Of a DNA stretch of 64,000 nucleotides, positions 31,136 through 39,622 are shown piece by piece. The notes beneath the pieces are model-generated. The model was given only the letters and a program-made list of their open reading frames with translations. It had not been told where the DNA came from and searched no databases. The stretch lies in NCBI GenBank assembly GCA_044343935.1, contig JBIJDU010000002.1, forward strand, positions 11,251 through 75,250. Reading direction: 5' to 3'. Origin of the DNA: Candidatus Nanopelagicales bacterium (GTDB lineage Bacteria; Actinomycetota; Actinomycetes; S36-B12; UBA5976). The position numbers and the translations under genes were made by a program. Position 1 is the stretch's first letter; each line of letters opens with the position of its first letter.

Positions 31136-32485
31136 TTATTTAGCAAGTTGATTTAGAACAGCTATTGCATCAGCTAAGTCATCTACCTGATGCACTTTTA
31201 ACTTTCCGCTATAACTTGTTCCGGCTGGCACAATTGCATGCAACATTCCAAGACGCTCAGCTTCAGATAAACGGCGATTCACATTTGTAGCCCGGCGAAT
31301 CTCGCCAGTTAAGCCAATCTCACCAATTGCTACCATTGTGGGATCAATTGGTTTCTCTTTTGCCGCACTTGCAATACTTAGCGCGATTGCGAGATCAGCG
31401 GCAGGCTCAACAATTTTTAATCCGCCAACTGTTGCAACATAACAGTCATCCTTGGCAACCTTGATACCAGCTTTTCGCTCTAATACGGCGAGCACCATAG
31501 ATACCCGAGCTGAATCAACTCCGCTAGTTGCCCGTCGAGGTGAAGCTAATGAGGAAGTTGCAACTAATGCTTGCAATTCAGTTATTAGTGGTCGCTGCCC
31601 TTCCATGCTGACTGTTAAACAGGTGCCAGCAATTGGTTCTTTGCGACTAGTGCGGAATAGTTCGCTGGGATCTTTAACTTCAACTAAGCCAGATTCTGCT
31701 AAATCAAAACAACCGATTTCATCAGTTGCTCCATATCTATTTTTAACAGATCTTAGGATTCGCAAACTGGTATGCCGGTCACCATCAAAATTAAGCACCA
31801 CGTCAACAATATGTTCAAGCATGCGAGGACCAGCAATAGTTCCTTCCTTGGTGACATGGCCAACCAAGATGATTGCAGTTTGGGAGCGCTTAGCAGCACT
31901 AATTAATGCAGCTGCCGATTCGCGTACTTGCGCGACACCACCGGCAGCACCATCTAATTCACTAGAAGAGATCGTTTGAATTGAATCGACGATTACTAAC
32001 TTTGGCTGATGATGCTCAATTAATCCTAAAATTGATGCTAAATCTGTTTCAGCCGCCAAATAAAGTCGATCATGTACGGCAGCAATTCGCTCCGCGCGCA
32101 GCTTTACTTGCGCGGCAGATTCCTCAGCAGATAAGTAGAGTGAGTCACCAACAGATTTTGCCCATGCAGCTGCAACTTCCAACAATAGAGTTGATTTACC
32201 AATACCAGGTTCGCCAGCTAACAAAATAACTGAGCCGGGCACTATTCCGCCACCGAGCACTCGGTCAAGTTCGGCAATCTGAGTGGAAGTTTTATTTGCT
32301 TCCATGATTTGGGTATCAGTAATTGGTACTGCGTATTGGGTTAACTTAACTGGTTGCGTGCTGCCTAAAGTTCGGCCAGCTTCGATCAAAGTTGACCATG
32401 CCTGGCATTCGCCGCAGCGACCTACCCACTTTGCTGACTCCCAGCCACATTCAGTGCATTTGAATTGCGATTTAGTCTTAGCCAC
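31136..32485 (-). CDS. radA: DNA repair protein RadA
   Basis: N-terminal zinc ribbon 'CTECGW...CGECQAW', Walker A 'GEPGIGKST', 'KNRYGAT' and a Lon-like C-terminal domain. Confidence 0.95.
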   Translation of the reverse strand: MAKTKSQFKCTECGWESAKWVGRCGECQAWSTLIEAGRTLGSTQPVKLTQYAVPITDTQIMEANKTSTQIAELDRVLGGGIVPGSVILLAGEPGIGKSTLLLEVAAAWAKSVGDSLYLSAEESAAQVKLRAERIAAVHDRLYLAAETDLASILGLIEHHQPKLVIVDSIQTISSSELDGAAGGVAQVRESAAALISAAKRSQTAIILVGHVTKEGTIAGPRMLEHIVDVVLNFDGDRHTSLRILRSVKNRYGATDEIGCFDLAESGLVEVKDPSELFRTSRKEPIAGTCLTVSMEGQRPLITELQALVATSSLASPRRATSGVDSARVSMVLAVLERKAGIKVAKDDCYVATVGGLKIVEPAADLAIALSIASAAKEKPIDPTMVAIGEIGLTGEIRRATNVNRRLSEAERLGMLHAIVPAGTSYSGKLKVHQVDDLADAIAVLNQLAK

Positions 32486-32494
32486 GGGAGCAGA

Positions 32495-33292
32495 CTACTT
32501 GCGCTCCCAGACAGCTGTCGCTGGATGAAGCGGAATCAACTTCCGTCCCTTGTTGTCGCGCACCGACTCAATTGCCGCTTCATGAGCTTTACAGTGCTCT
32601 ACCAAGATGTCATAGGCCTTTTGGCTCATTAACTTAATCAAAGTGTATCGCTCAGATACATAAACTGGTTCGGCTGCGTTATGAGCTTCGGGATTACTTG
32701 AGCAATACCAATTTAGCTCAACGCCACCTTCGCCCCAACTGCGACGATCGTATTCCGTAATTAGCACAACTAGTTGTTCAGTTTTATCTTCGAATTTGCG
32801 ACGCTCATAATCTCGACGAATCGGTAGCTGCCAACAAACCTCTGGTTTGAGATCTGCTGGCTGTTCGCCAATTCGCAGTGCAAGTCGATGAAAGGCACAA
32901 CCATCACCACCTTCAAAGCCAGGCCGATTTAGAAAAATACAAGCGCCATCAACTACTTTAGTTTTGTCAGCACCATCTTCTTTTTCGGTCCAACCTTTTT
33001 TTATTCCAATCTCGCGGTGCTGCCAATCTTCATCAGATAATTTGGCAACCCACTTTTTTACATTTTTGTGGTCTGCCTTTTCGGAGAAGTGCGCACCATG
33101 GGTACAGCAGCCATCATTAGGTCGGCCTTTTTCAATCCCTTTACAGCCGCGGCCGTAAATGCAGTTCCATTTTGAGGTTAGCCAAGTTAAGTCAATGCGA
33201 TATATCTGTAACGGCTCATCTGGGTCTTGAAATTCCACCCAGTGGCGCGGCGCGGTCAGCGAAGTTTCTTTCACGGGGAATAGCCTAGACAA
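32495..33292 (-). CDS. conserved hypothetical Cys/His-rich protein (putative metal/Fe-S binding)
   Basis: 265 aa with the clusters 'CIYGRGCKG...GCCTHGAHF', 'GACIFLNRPGF..GDGCAFH', 'CWQLP' and 'WYCSS'. Start is the TTG at 33292 or the GTG at 33274, with no SD. I cannot assign a family with confidence. Confidence 0.5.
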   Translation of the reverse strand: MSRLFPVKETSLTAPRHWVEFQDPDEPLQIYRIDLTWLTSKWNCIYGRGCKGIEKGRPNDGCCTHGAHFSEKADHKNVKKWVAKLSDEDWQHREIGIKKGWTEKEDGADKTKVVDGACIFLNRPGFEGGDGCAFHRLALRIGEQPADLKPEVCWQLPIRRDYERRKFEDKTEQLVVLITEYDRRSWGEGGVELNWYCSSNPEAHNAAEPVYVSERYTLIKLMSQKAYDILVEHCKAHEAAIESVRDNKGRKLIPLHPATAVWERK

Positions 33293-33308
33293 GGAGTACC
33301 GTCAGCCT

Positions 33309-34235
33309 ATGCGGCTAGGCGTGTTGGACATAGGAAGCAATACTGTGCACCTTTTGGTGTGCGATGTCGCGCCAGGTGCCGCACCACTACCCGCATTTTC
33401 AATTAAAGAGCCATTAGGACTAATCCGACATCTAACTGATAATGGTGCTTTTGATGCCAAGATGGCAAACCACTTAACTGAAGTGATTTCTGAACTTACC
33501 ATTGCTGCAAAATCAAATGGTTGTCGTGAGATCTTGGCTTTTGCTACTAGCGCAATTAGAGAAGCATCAAATGGTCAAGAAGTTTTAGATAAAGTTTCGA
33601 GTAAAGCTAATCAGAAAATATCTGTGCTTTCTGGGGCAGATGAAGCACGACTTACTTTTCTAGCAACGAGACGTTGGTTTGGTTGGTCTAGCGGCACATT
33701 ATTAAATCTAGATATTGGCGGCGGCTCATTTGAGTTAGCAATTGGGTTAGGCGAACTGCCTGACACTGCGTTATCACTGCCACTTGGTGCTGGTCGATTA
33801 ACGAGAGACTTTAAGTTAAGTGATCCGCCAACTGCAAGGCAGTTAAATGCGCTAAATGAATACATTTATGACCAAATTGAAAACGTAATTGATGAGATAA
33901 CAACTGAGCATGGTGCTGATCATGTCGTTGGCACCAGCAAAACATTTCGATCACTGGCCCGAATTGCTGGTGCTGCACCCAGTGCTGCTGGTCCATATGT
34001 GAAGCGATTATTGCCAGCGGACAAGTTGGCAAGCATTGCTTCGAAAATTTCATCGATGAGTGTGCAGCAGCGAACTACTTTGCCCGGGGTTAGTAAAGCC
34101 CGAGCCACTCAACTAGCCGCTGGTGCCATGGTGGCTGCGGCAGCGGTAGATTTGCTTGATATTGAGGAGATAGAGATCTGTCCATGGGCGCTGCGAGAGG
34201 GAATCTTGCTTCGCCACATTGATTCACTGAGTTGA
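33309..34235 (+). CDS. ppx: Ppx/GppA-family phosphatase (exopolyphosphatase)
   Basis: 'LDIGSNTVHLLV' and 'LDIGGGSFE' ASKHA motifs. It lies in the ppx-proC synteny position. Confidence 0.85.
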   Translation: MRLGVLDIGSNTVHLLVCDVAPGAAPLPAFSIKEPLGLIRHLTDNGAFDAKMANHLTEVISELTIAAKSNGCREILAFATSAIREASNGQEVLDKVSSKANQKISVLSGADEARLTFLATRRWFGWSSGTLLNLDIGGGSFELAIGLGELPDTALSLPLGAGRLTRDFKLSDPPTARQLNALNEYIYDQIENVIDEITTEHGADHVVGTSKTFRSLARIAGAAPSAAGPYVKRLLPADKLASIASKISSMSVQQRTTLPGVSKARATQLAAGAMVAAAAVDLLDIEEIEICPWALREGILLRHIDSLS

Positions 34236-34246
34236 ACGGAGCGCAG

Positions 34247-35032
34247 ATGCGAAACGTGGTTGTCATAGGTGTTGGTGCGATGGGTACCGCGCTAATTGCT
34301 GCCGCAAAAACAGCTGATGCCCAGTTAGAAATTTCAGTTACTGACAAAGATGAAACTAAAGTTATGGCAGCAAAGAAATCGCTCAATGTCGCATTAGCAG
34401 ATGACAGCACAATTTCAAGTGCTGAATTAATCGTGATTGCTGTTAAACCGCAAGATATTTCAAAGGTGCTCATTGAATTAAATCCAAAATTGACTAAGTC
34501 ACAAACCGTTTTGTCTATTGCGGCTGGAGTTACGTTAGATAAATTAACTCAACTTGTGCCAAATGCAACACCGGTGAGGTGTATGCCCAATACCCCAGCG
34601 CTAGTTGGTAGCGGCTTAAGCACTTTGTCGGTTTTAGAAAATACAGATGCAATACATCTGAAGCGAGCTACTGAGTTTTTAGCTGCCGCTGGAAAAGTTA
34701 TGGTTATCCCAGAAGAACTACAAGACAGCTTTACCGCAATTCATGGCTCAGGTCCCGCTTATGTGTTTTTGTTAATCGAAGCATTAGTTGCGGCCGCAAT
34801 CTCGCAGGGCATTTCTGAGGCGGATGCGACGGCGGCTGTGATTGAAACAGTCGCGGGTGCGGCAGCATTGATCGCCAAAACTGGTGAGAGTGCGAGCACG
34901 CTGCGCGAACGGGTGACATCGCCAGGAGGCACCACTGAAGCCGCGCTTAGTGTTTTTGCTGCAGGCGGGTTCAGCCAATTAGTTGCGCAGGCGGTGGCCG
35001 CAGCAAAACAACGGGCAGCCGAACTGGGGTAG
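34247..35032 (+). CDS. proC: pyrroline-5-carboxylate reductase
   Basis: Rossmann 'VVVIGVGAMG' and C-terminal 'SPGGTTEAAL'. The ATG at 34247 follows GGAG; the ORF extends to 34232. Confidence 0.9.
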   Translation: MRNVVVIGVGAMGTALIAAAKTADAQLEISVTDKDETKVMAAKKSLNVALADDSTISSAELIVIAVKPQDISKVLIELNPKLTKSQTVLSIAAGVTLDKLTQLVPNATPVRCMPNTPALVGSGLSTLSVLENTDAIHLKRATEFLAAAGKVMVIPEELQDSFTAIHGSGPAYVFLLIEALVAAAISQGISEADATAAVIETVAGAAALIAKTGESASTLRERVTSPGGTTEAALSVFAAGGFSQLVAQAVAAAKQRAAELG

Positions 35033-35095
35033 CAGCAACAGCACACCCCTTGGTTTAGTAGCATTCGGCACTCAGTCCAACCCAAGAGGTGAACC

Positions 35096-35194
35096 GTGGG
35101 ATCAGTTATCAAAAAGCGCCGCAAGCGAATGGCAAAGAAGAAGCATCGCAAGCTGCTGCGCAAGACCCGTGTTCAGCGACGTAACAAGAAGTAA
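35096..35194 (+). CDS. 30S ribosomal protein bS22 (32 aa, Actinobacteria-specific)
   Basis: Not in the supplied ORF track because it is too short. [37 protein letters not shown], with an AGAGGTGA RBS 4 nt upstream. The sequence and its position after proC match the mycobacterial Rv0500B-type peptide. Confidence 0.85.
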   Translation: MGSVIKKRRKRMAKKKHRKLLRKTRVQRRNKK

Positions 35195-35199
35195 TTTCT

Positions 35200-35445
35200 G
35201 TGCCACGGGTGCAGTTAATCACTAAACCCAATTGCCATTTATGCGATAGTGCCCGCGAAGTGGTTGTCGCAGTGTGTGCCGAATTAGGCGAAAAATTCGA
35301 AGAATTAGTTGTTACCGATTATCCGCAATTAGCCGCACAACATGCCGAGTTTGTCCCAGTAGTGCTGGTTGATGGCAGCGAGATTGCGGTATGGCAAATA
35401 TTGCCGCAGACCTTAATTTCCGCGCTGCAACCGCCTAAGTTGTGA
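35200..35445 (+). CDS. glutaredoxin-like (DUF836-type) small thioredoxin-fold protein
   Basis: 81 aa with the 'KPNCHLCD' CxxC motif. It occupies the position of Rv0508-like genes upstream of the hem operon. Confidence 0.65.
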   Translation: MPRVQLITKPNCHLCDSAREVVVAVCAELGEKFEELVVTDYPQLAAQHAEFVPVVLVDGSEIAVWQILPQTLISALQPPKL

Positions 35446-35511
35446 GGAATTTTGATTTTTTCTAGTTTCTAATTACCGTTGCCCCTGAAACCCAGATCAT
35501 CAGGAGCCATC

Positions 35512-36195
35512 TTGGCGCAACAGCGCACGCCCGGAAAGGCCGTTGGATTACCCGCGGCCACGGTAGAGCGGCTACCTATGTACTTGCGGGCTTTAACTGA
35601 ATTTAAGTCGCGTGGGGTTGAAGTTATTTCTTCCGAAGAGTTAGCTGAAGCAGTTAACGTAACTAGCGCGCAACTTCGCAAAGATCTATCTCATCTGGGC
35701 GGCCATGGCACGCGTGGTGTTGGTTATGACGTCGTGGTTTTAATTCAAGCGCTATCTGCGACATTGGGCGTGGATAAGCAGTGGCCAATTGTAATTGTTG
35801 GTTGCGGCAATTTAGGTATGTCGCTTGCAAAATATGCTGGCTTTACTAATCGAGGTTTCAAAATATCTGCCTTATTTGATGCCGCACCAGAGATTATTGG
35901 AAAAGTTGTGGAGATTTCAGAAGGTCAAAAAATCTTCATTAAAGATGTTGCTGGTCTTTCAACTTTTATTCGAGAAAATAATATTCAAATTGCAGTTATC
36001 ACTACACCAGCGGCAGCGGCACAAAGTGTTTGTGACACGTTGGTAAATGCTGGAATTTATTCCATCATGACTTTTGCGCCAGTAACCCTTGCTGTGCCAA
36101 GCGGCGTTGATGTAAGGCAGATTGATTTAGCAAGTGAACTTCAGATATTGACATTTCATGAACAAACCAAAGCAAATGAGGTAATAGCAATATGA
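35512..36195 (+). CDS. rex: redox-sensing transcriptional repressor Rex
   Basis: Winged helix 'TVERLPMYLRAL...SSEELA...LRKDLSHLGGHGTRGVGYDV' plus the NADH Rossmann motif 'IVGCGNLG'. The TTG at 35512 follows AGGAG by 5 nt; the ORF extends to 35479. Confidence 0.9.
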   Translation: MAQQRTPGKAVGLPAATVERLPMYLRALTEFKSRGVEVISSEELAEAVNVTSAQLRKDLSHLGGHGTRGVGYDVVVLIQALSATLGVDKQWPIVIVGCGNLGMSLAKYAGFTNRGFKISALFDAAPEIIGKVVEISEGQKIFIKDVAGLSTFIRENNIQIAVITTPAAAAQSVCDTLVNAGIYSIMTFAPVTLAVPSGVDVRQIDLASELQILTFHEQTKANEVIAI

Positions 36196-37745
36196 CATCC
36201 CCAAAATTCGCTGGTCGGATTTCCTTTATCGCCTTGCCAGATTGCGATCTAAAGGCGCTAACTGCAGCCGCACTTGATGCAATTAATGACGCTAAGTCGG
36301 TCATTGTTGATCCATCATTGGTTGAAGTAGTTACACCTATAGCACCAGTGGTATCGGTAGTGGGTGATCAACCAGCTGATTTAGCAAAAGCTGCAGTCGC
36401 TGCCGCAAAAGAAGGCCATGATGTGGTTCGAGTGTTTTTTGGTGATGGCATTCTGCGCGGTTCACTACATGAGGAACTGGCAATACTTCATAAGTCAGAT
36501 ATTGATTTTGAAATATTCCCAACTGTGCCAGTTGATTTTGCTGTGGGTTTTTATGCCGGCGCAATGTTTGATCCAGCAAAAACAGAATCCATTCATTTGT
36601 TAGATGCCAAAGACTCATATGAATTAAGCAACTACTTAGGTAATAAAACAACTTTGATTTTGCGCGGTACCACTAATGAAATAGGTCGATTTGCCTCAGA
36701 TTTAGTTGCTGCCGGACGAATCGAGAATACCCCGATGGTTTTGGTGCAAAATGCAATGACACTAGATCAACGCAGTTATCGCATGACCATTGGTGATGCC
36801 GTAGATCAAATTAAGTCACATAAATTGCAAGGTCCAGCGCATGCAGTTATCTCAGAAGCTGCAGGCCAGATCAATCGCAATGCTTGGTTTGAAACTCGAT
36901 CACTTTTTGGTTGGAAAGTTCTGCTGCCAAAAACCAAGGAATTCTCCGTTGACGTGCCAGCGCTATTGGCAAAAGCTGGAGCTACTTGTACTGAAGTGCC
37001 AACATTGAGCGTCGAACCACCACGGGCGCCACAACAAATGGAAAAAGCAGTTCATGGTTTGGTATCAGGCCGCTACCAATGGTTGGTATTCACCAGTCCA
37101 CATGCGGTTAAGGCAATCAAAGTGAGATTAGATGAGTATGGACTTGATGCCAGAGCATTCTCCGGTATTCGAATTGGTGCGGTAGGCGCCGATACGGTAG
37201 CAATACTTAAAGAGATTGGCATTAATCCAGATTTGATTTCACCAGATGATACGAATGCTGGCCTAGCAAACCTGTGGCCAGTGTTTGATCAGTTCCAAGA
37301 TCCGATGAATCGAGTTTTAATTCCGCGCGCAGATGTGGCAGTGGAATCCCTTTCAACAACCATGATTTCATTAGGCTGGGAAGTTGAAGAAATTACCGCC
37401 TTTCGTACGGTACGAGCAGCACCTCCAGCACCAGCCATTCGGGATGCAATCAAGAGCGGTGGGTTTGATGCGGTTTTGTTTAGTTCTGCTAGCACCGTTC
37501 GCAACTTAGTTGGTATTGCTGGTAAGCCGCATCCAACTACCGTTATTGCTTGCATCGGTGAGCAAACTGCACAAGCAGCACAAGAAATGGGCCTGACTGT
37601 TGATGTGTTAGCTGAAGAGACTACTTTGCCAGCAACAATTGCAGCATTAATTGAACACGGCGAAAAACTACGTCTTGCAGCAGTTGAGCAAGGTGAAGTA
37701 GTCTGGCGCCCTTCCGTTAAAAGATTAACTCGCAAACGGAGTTAA
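36192..37745 (+). CDS. hemD: uroporphyrinogen-III synthase (HemD) fused to a degenerate SUMT-like N-terminal domain
   Basis: 517 aa. The C-terminal half is HEM4-like ('WKVLLPKTKE...YQWLVFTSPHAVKA...IGAVGADT...VLFSSASTVRN'). The N-terminal half is tetrapyrrole-methylase-like but has 'FIALPDCDLKALT' where GxGPGDPxLLT is expected. The ATGA start overlaps the rex stop. Confidence 0.75.
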   Translation: MTSPKFAGRISFIALPDCDLKALTAAALDAINDAKSVIVDPSLVEVVTPIAPVVSVVGDQPADLAKAAVAAAKEGHDVVRVFFGDGILRGSLHEELAILHKSDIDFEIFPTVPVDFAVGFYAGAMFDPAKTESIHLLDAKDSYELSNYLGNKTTLILRGTTNEIGRFASDLVAAGRIENTPMVLVQNAMTLDQRSYRMTIGDAVDQIKSHKLQGPAHAVISEAAGQINRNAWFETRSLFGWKVLLPKTKEFSVDVPALLAKAGATCTEVPTLSVEPPRAPQQMEKAVHGLVSGRYQWLVFTSPHAVKAIKVRLDEYGLDARAFSGIRIGAVGADTVAILKEIGINPDLISPDDTNAGLANLWPVFDQFQDPMNRVLIPRADVAVESLSTTMISLGWEVEEITAFRTVRAAPPAPAIRDAIKSGGFDAVLFSSASTVRNLVGIAGKPHPTTVIACIGEQTAQAAQEMGLTVDVLAEETTLPATIAALIEHGEKLRLAAVEQGEVVWRPSVKRLTRKRS

Positions 37746-38384
37746 ATGACTACCACTCTGGTTCATCTAGTTCGCCACGGCGAGGTATTCAACCCCGAAA
37801 AAATTCTTTATGGTCGAATTCCAGGATTTAAACTCTCTGAGCGCGGTCAAGCCATGGCAGATTTGGTGGCTGAACATTTTGCTGATGCAGACCTAACTCA
37901 TTTAGCTTCCTCACCGCTAGAGCGGGCTATGCAAACTGCTGCGCCCATTGGTCGAGTGAAGAACTTGCCGATCGCAACAGATTTGAATTTGTTGGAAGCA
38001 ACCAATGTTTTTGAAGGTCATCGAGTGTCCTTTTCGGACGGGGTATTGCGCAAGCCATCTTCCTGGCCGCATCTATGGAATCCATTTCGACCTAGCTGGG
38101 GCGAGCCCTATCAAGAGATATATGCTCGAATGCAGATCGCAGTTGAGTCGGCGCGTGTTGCGGCTTTAGGTCATGAGGCAGTGCTAGTTAGCCACCAATT
38201 ACCGATTTGGGTGGCAAGACTTGGTTACCTAAATCACAGATTTGTCCATATACCTTCACACCGTGAGTGCAACTTAGCATCTGTCACTACACTTAAATTT
38301 CATAATGACCAGTTGGCTAGCGTCTCATATTTGGAACCGGCAGCCGCGCTCTATCACGAGTCGACCGGCGGGGTGGGTGCGTAA
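37746..38384 (+). CDS. histidine phosphatase (phosphoglycerate-mutase-like) family protein
   Basis: Catalytic motif 'LVRHGE'. It occupies the position of Rv0525 before the resA/ccdA genes. Confidence 0.8.
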   Translation: MTTTLVHLVRHGEVFNPEKILYGRIPGFKLSERGQAMADLVAEHFADADLTHLASSPLERAMQTAAPIGRVKNLPIATDLNLLEATNVFEGHRVSFSDGVLRKPSSWPHLWNPFRPSWGEPYQEIYARMQIAVESARVAALGHEAVLVSHQLPIWVARLGYLNHRFVHIPSHRECNLASVTTLKFHNDQLASVSYLEPAAALYHESTGGVGA

Positions 38385-38919
38385 CTCTGCTTTGAGTATT
38401 GCAGTTTTATTGGTGCTTGCTGGTTGTAGCGCTGGTGGTAGCAATAACACCGCATTTGTTTCCGGCGATGGCACCACCACAGTGTTACCAGTTGAAGAAC
38501 GTGGCGAACCGCTCGAGTTATCTGGCATCACATTAACTGGTGAAGAATTATCAGTTACAGAATTTCTAGGTAAAAATGTTGTGATTAATGTTTGGGCATC
38601 TTGGTGCGCACCTTGCCGACAAGAGGCGCCGGAACTGAAGGCCTTTAATATAGAAAATCCAGAAGTTCAAATGCTAGGCATCAACACTAGAGATAATGAT
38701 CCGGCGGCTCGGGCATTCGAAGAATTTTTTGGTATTACTTACCCATCAATTATTGATCCAGACGGTTCCAAGCAATTAGTTTTTCGCAATACACTTCCGA
38801 TGAGCGCTATCCCAACCACAATTGTTTTGGACAAATCTGGTCGTCCGAGCGCTCGGATCTTGGGTGTGGTTTCTAGATCACTGTTGGTTCAAGTAGTTGA
38901 TGAAGTAAACAATGGGTGA
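38377..38919 (+). CDS. resA: TlpA/ResA-like thiol:disulfide oxidoreductase lipoprotein
   Basis: Motif 'WASWCAPCRQE' and lipobox 'LVLAGC' after a candidate GTG at 38377; the ORF extends to 38305. Confidence 0.8.
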   Translation: MRNSALSIAVLLVLAGCSAGGSNNTAFVSGDGTTTVLPVEERGEPLELSGITLTGEELSVTEFLGKNVVINVWASWCAPCRQEAPELKAFNIENPEVQMLGINTRDNDPAARAFEEFFGITYPSIIDPDGSKQLVFRNTLPMSAIPTTIVLDKSGRPSARILGVVSRSLLVQVVDEVNNG

Positions 38920-39622
38920 AGTAGTTGTAAGTGGATTCTTGCCACTGGCCATAATTGTTGCCGCACTTGCAGGTTTAGTTTCATTTCTAAGTCCATGCGT
39001 GCTGCCGCTAATACCTGGATATCTTGCCGTGCTGGGTAATTCAGTGACTAAAACAAGACCAGTATTGCCAACTTTAGTTTTCATTTTCACTTTCACGGCA
39101 ATTTTTGCCTCATTTGGTTTAGCGTTTGGTCAATTGGGTTCGTATTTGATTGAGTATCAAGTTCTGTTAAATCAAATTTTTGGTGTGATTTTAATTTTAC
39201 TGGGATTAGTTTTTGCTGGTTTTGGCAAAGTAACCCAGATGCAATTTAAGTTACCTTTGAAAACTGCCAATGCATCACAGCCAGTACTTCTTGGTGTGGT
39301 GTTTGCCATCGGTTGGACGCCATGTATTGGACCAACTTTGGCGGCGGTGCAGACGTTAGCGCTGACTGAAGCTACCGCAGTCAAAGGTGCGCTGCTATCA
39401 ATTAGCTATGGCCTTGGCTTGGGCTTACCGTTTTTGCTGCTTTCGTTGGTAGCACATAAGTCCATCGCAATTACGCAGAAGCTAAGAGCAAGGCAGCAGT
39501 TGTTCATGCGAATCGGCAGCGGCTTTCTCATACTGCTGGGAGCATTGTTATTAACTGGCATTTGGAATGATCTGATGGCTTGGCTGCAACAGCAATATGC
39601 TGGATTTACGGTGCTGCTATGA
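38912..39622 (+). CDS. ccdA: cytochrome c biogenesis thiol-reductant transporter CcdA
   Basis: 236 aa with 6 TM segments and the conserved Cys pair in 'LSPCVLPLIPGY' and 'GWTPCIGP'. Confidence 0.85.
   Translation: MGEVVVSGFLPLAIIVAALAGLVSFLSPCVLPLIPGYLAVLGNSVTKTRPVLPTLVFIFTFTAIFASFGLAFGQLGSYLIEYQVLLNQIFGVILILLGLVFAGFGKVTQMQFKLPLKTANASQPVLLGVVFAIGWTPCIGPTLAAVQTLALTEATAVKGALLSISYGLGLGLPFLLLSLVAHKSIAITQKLRARQQLFMRIGSGFLILLGALLLTGIWNDLMAWLQQQYAGFTVLL

Noticed and set aside
34759-35163. A 134-aa minus-strand ORF that bridges the proC 3' end and the proC to glutaredoxin-like spacer.
   Set aside because: It is antisense to proC and to the clearly recognisable bS22 mini-gene (35096..35194), and its sequence is not protein-like.
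35437-35454. TTGTGAGGAATTTTGATT just upstream of rex, as a possible autoregulatory Rex operator.
   Set aside because: Only the left half-site (TTGTGA) matches the ROP consensus. The right half (TTTGATT versus TTCACAA) does not, and the element overlaps the stop codon of the preceding gene.
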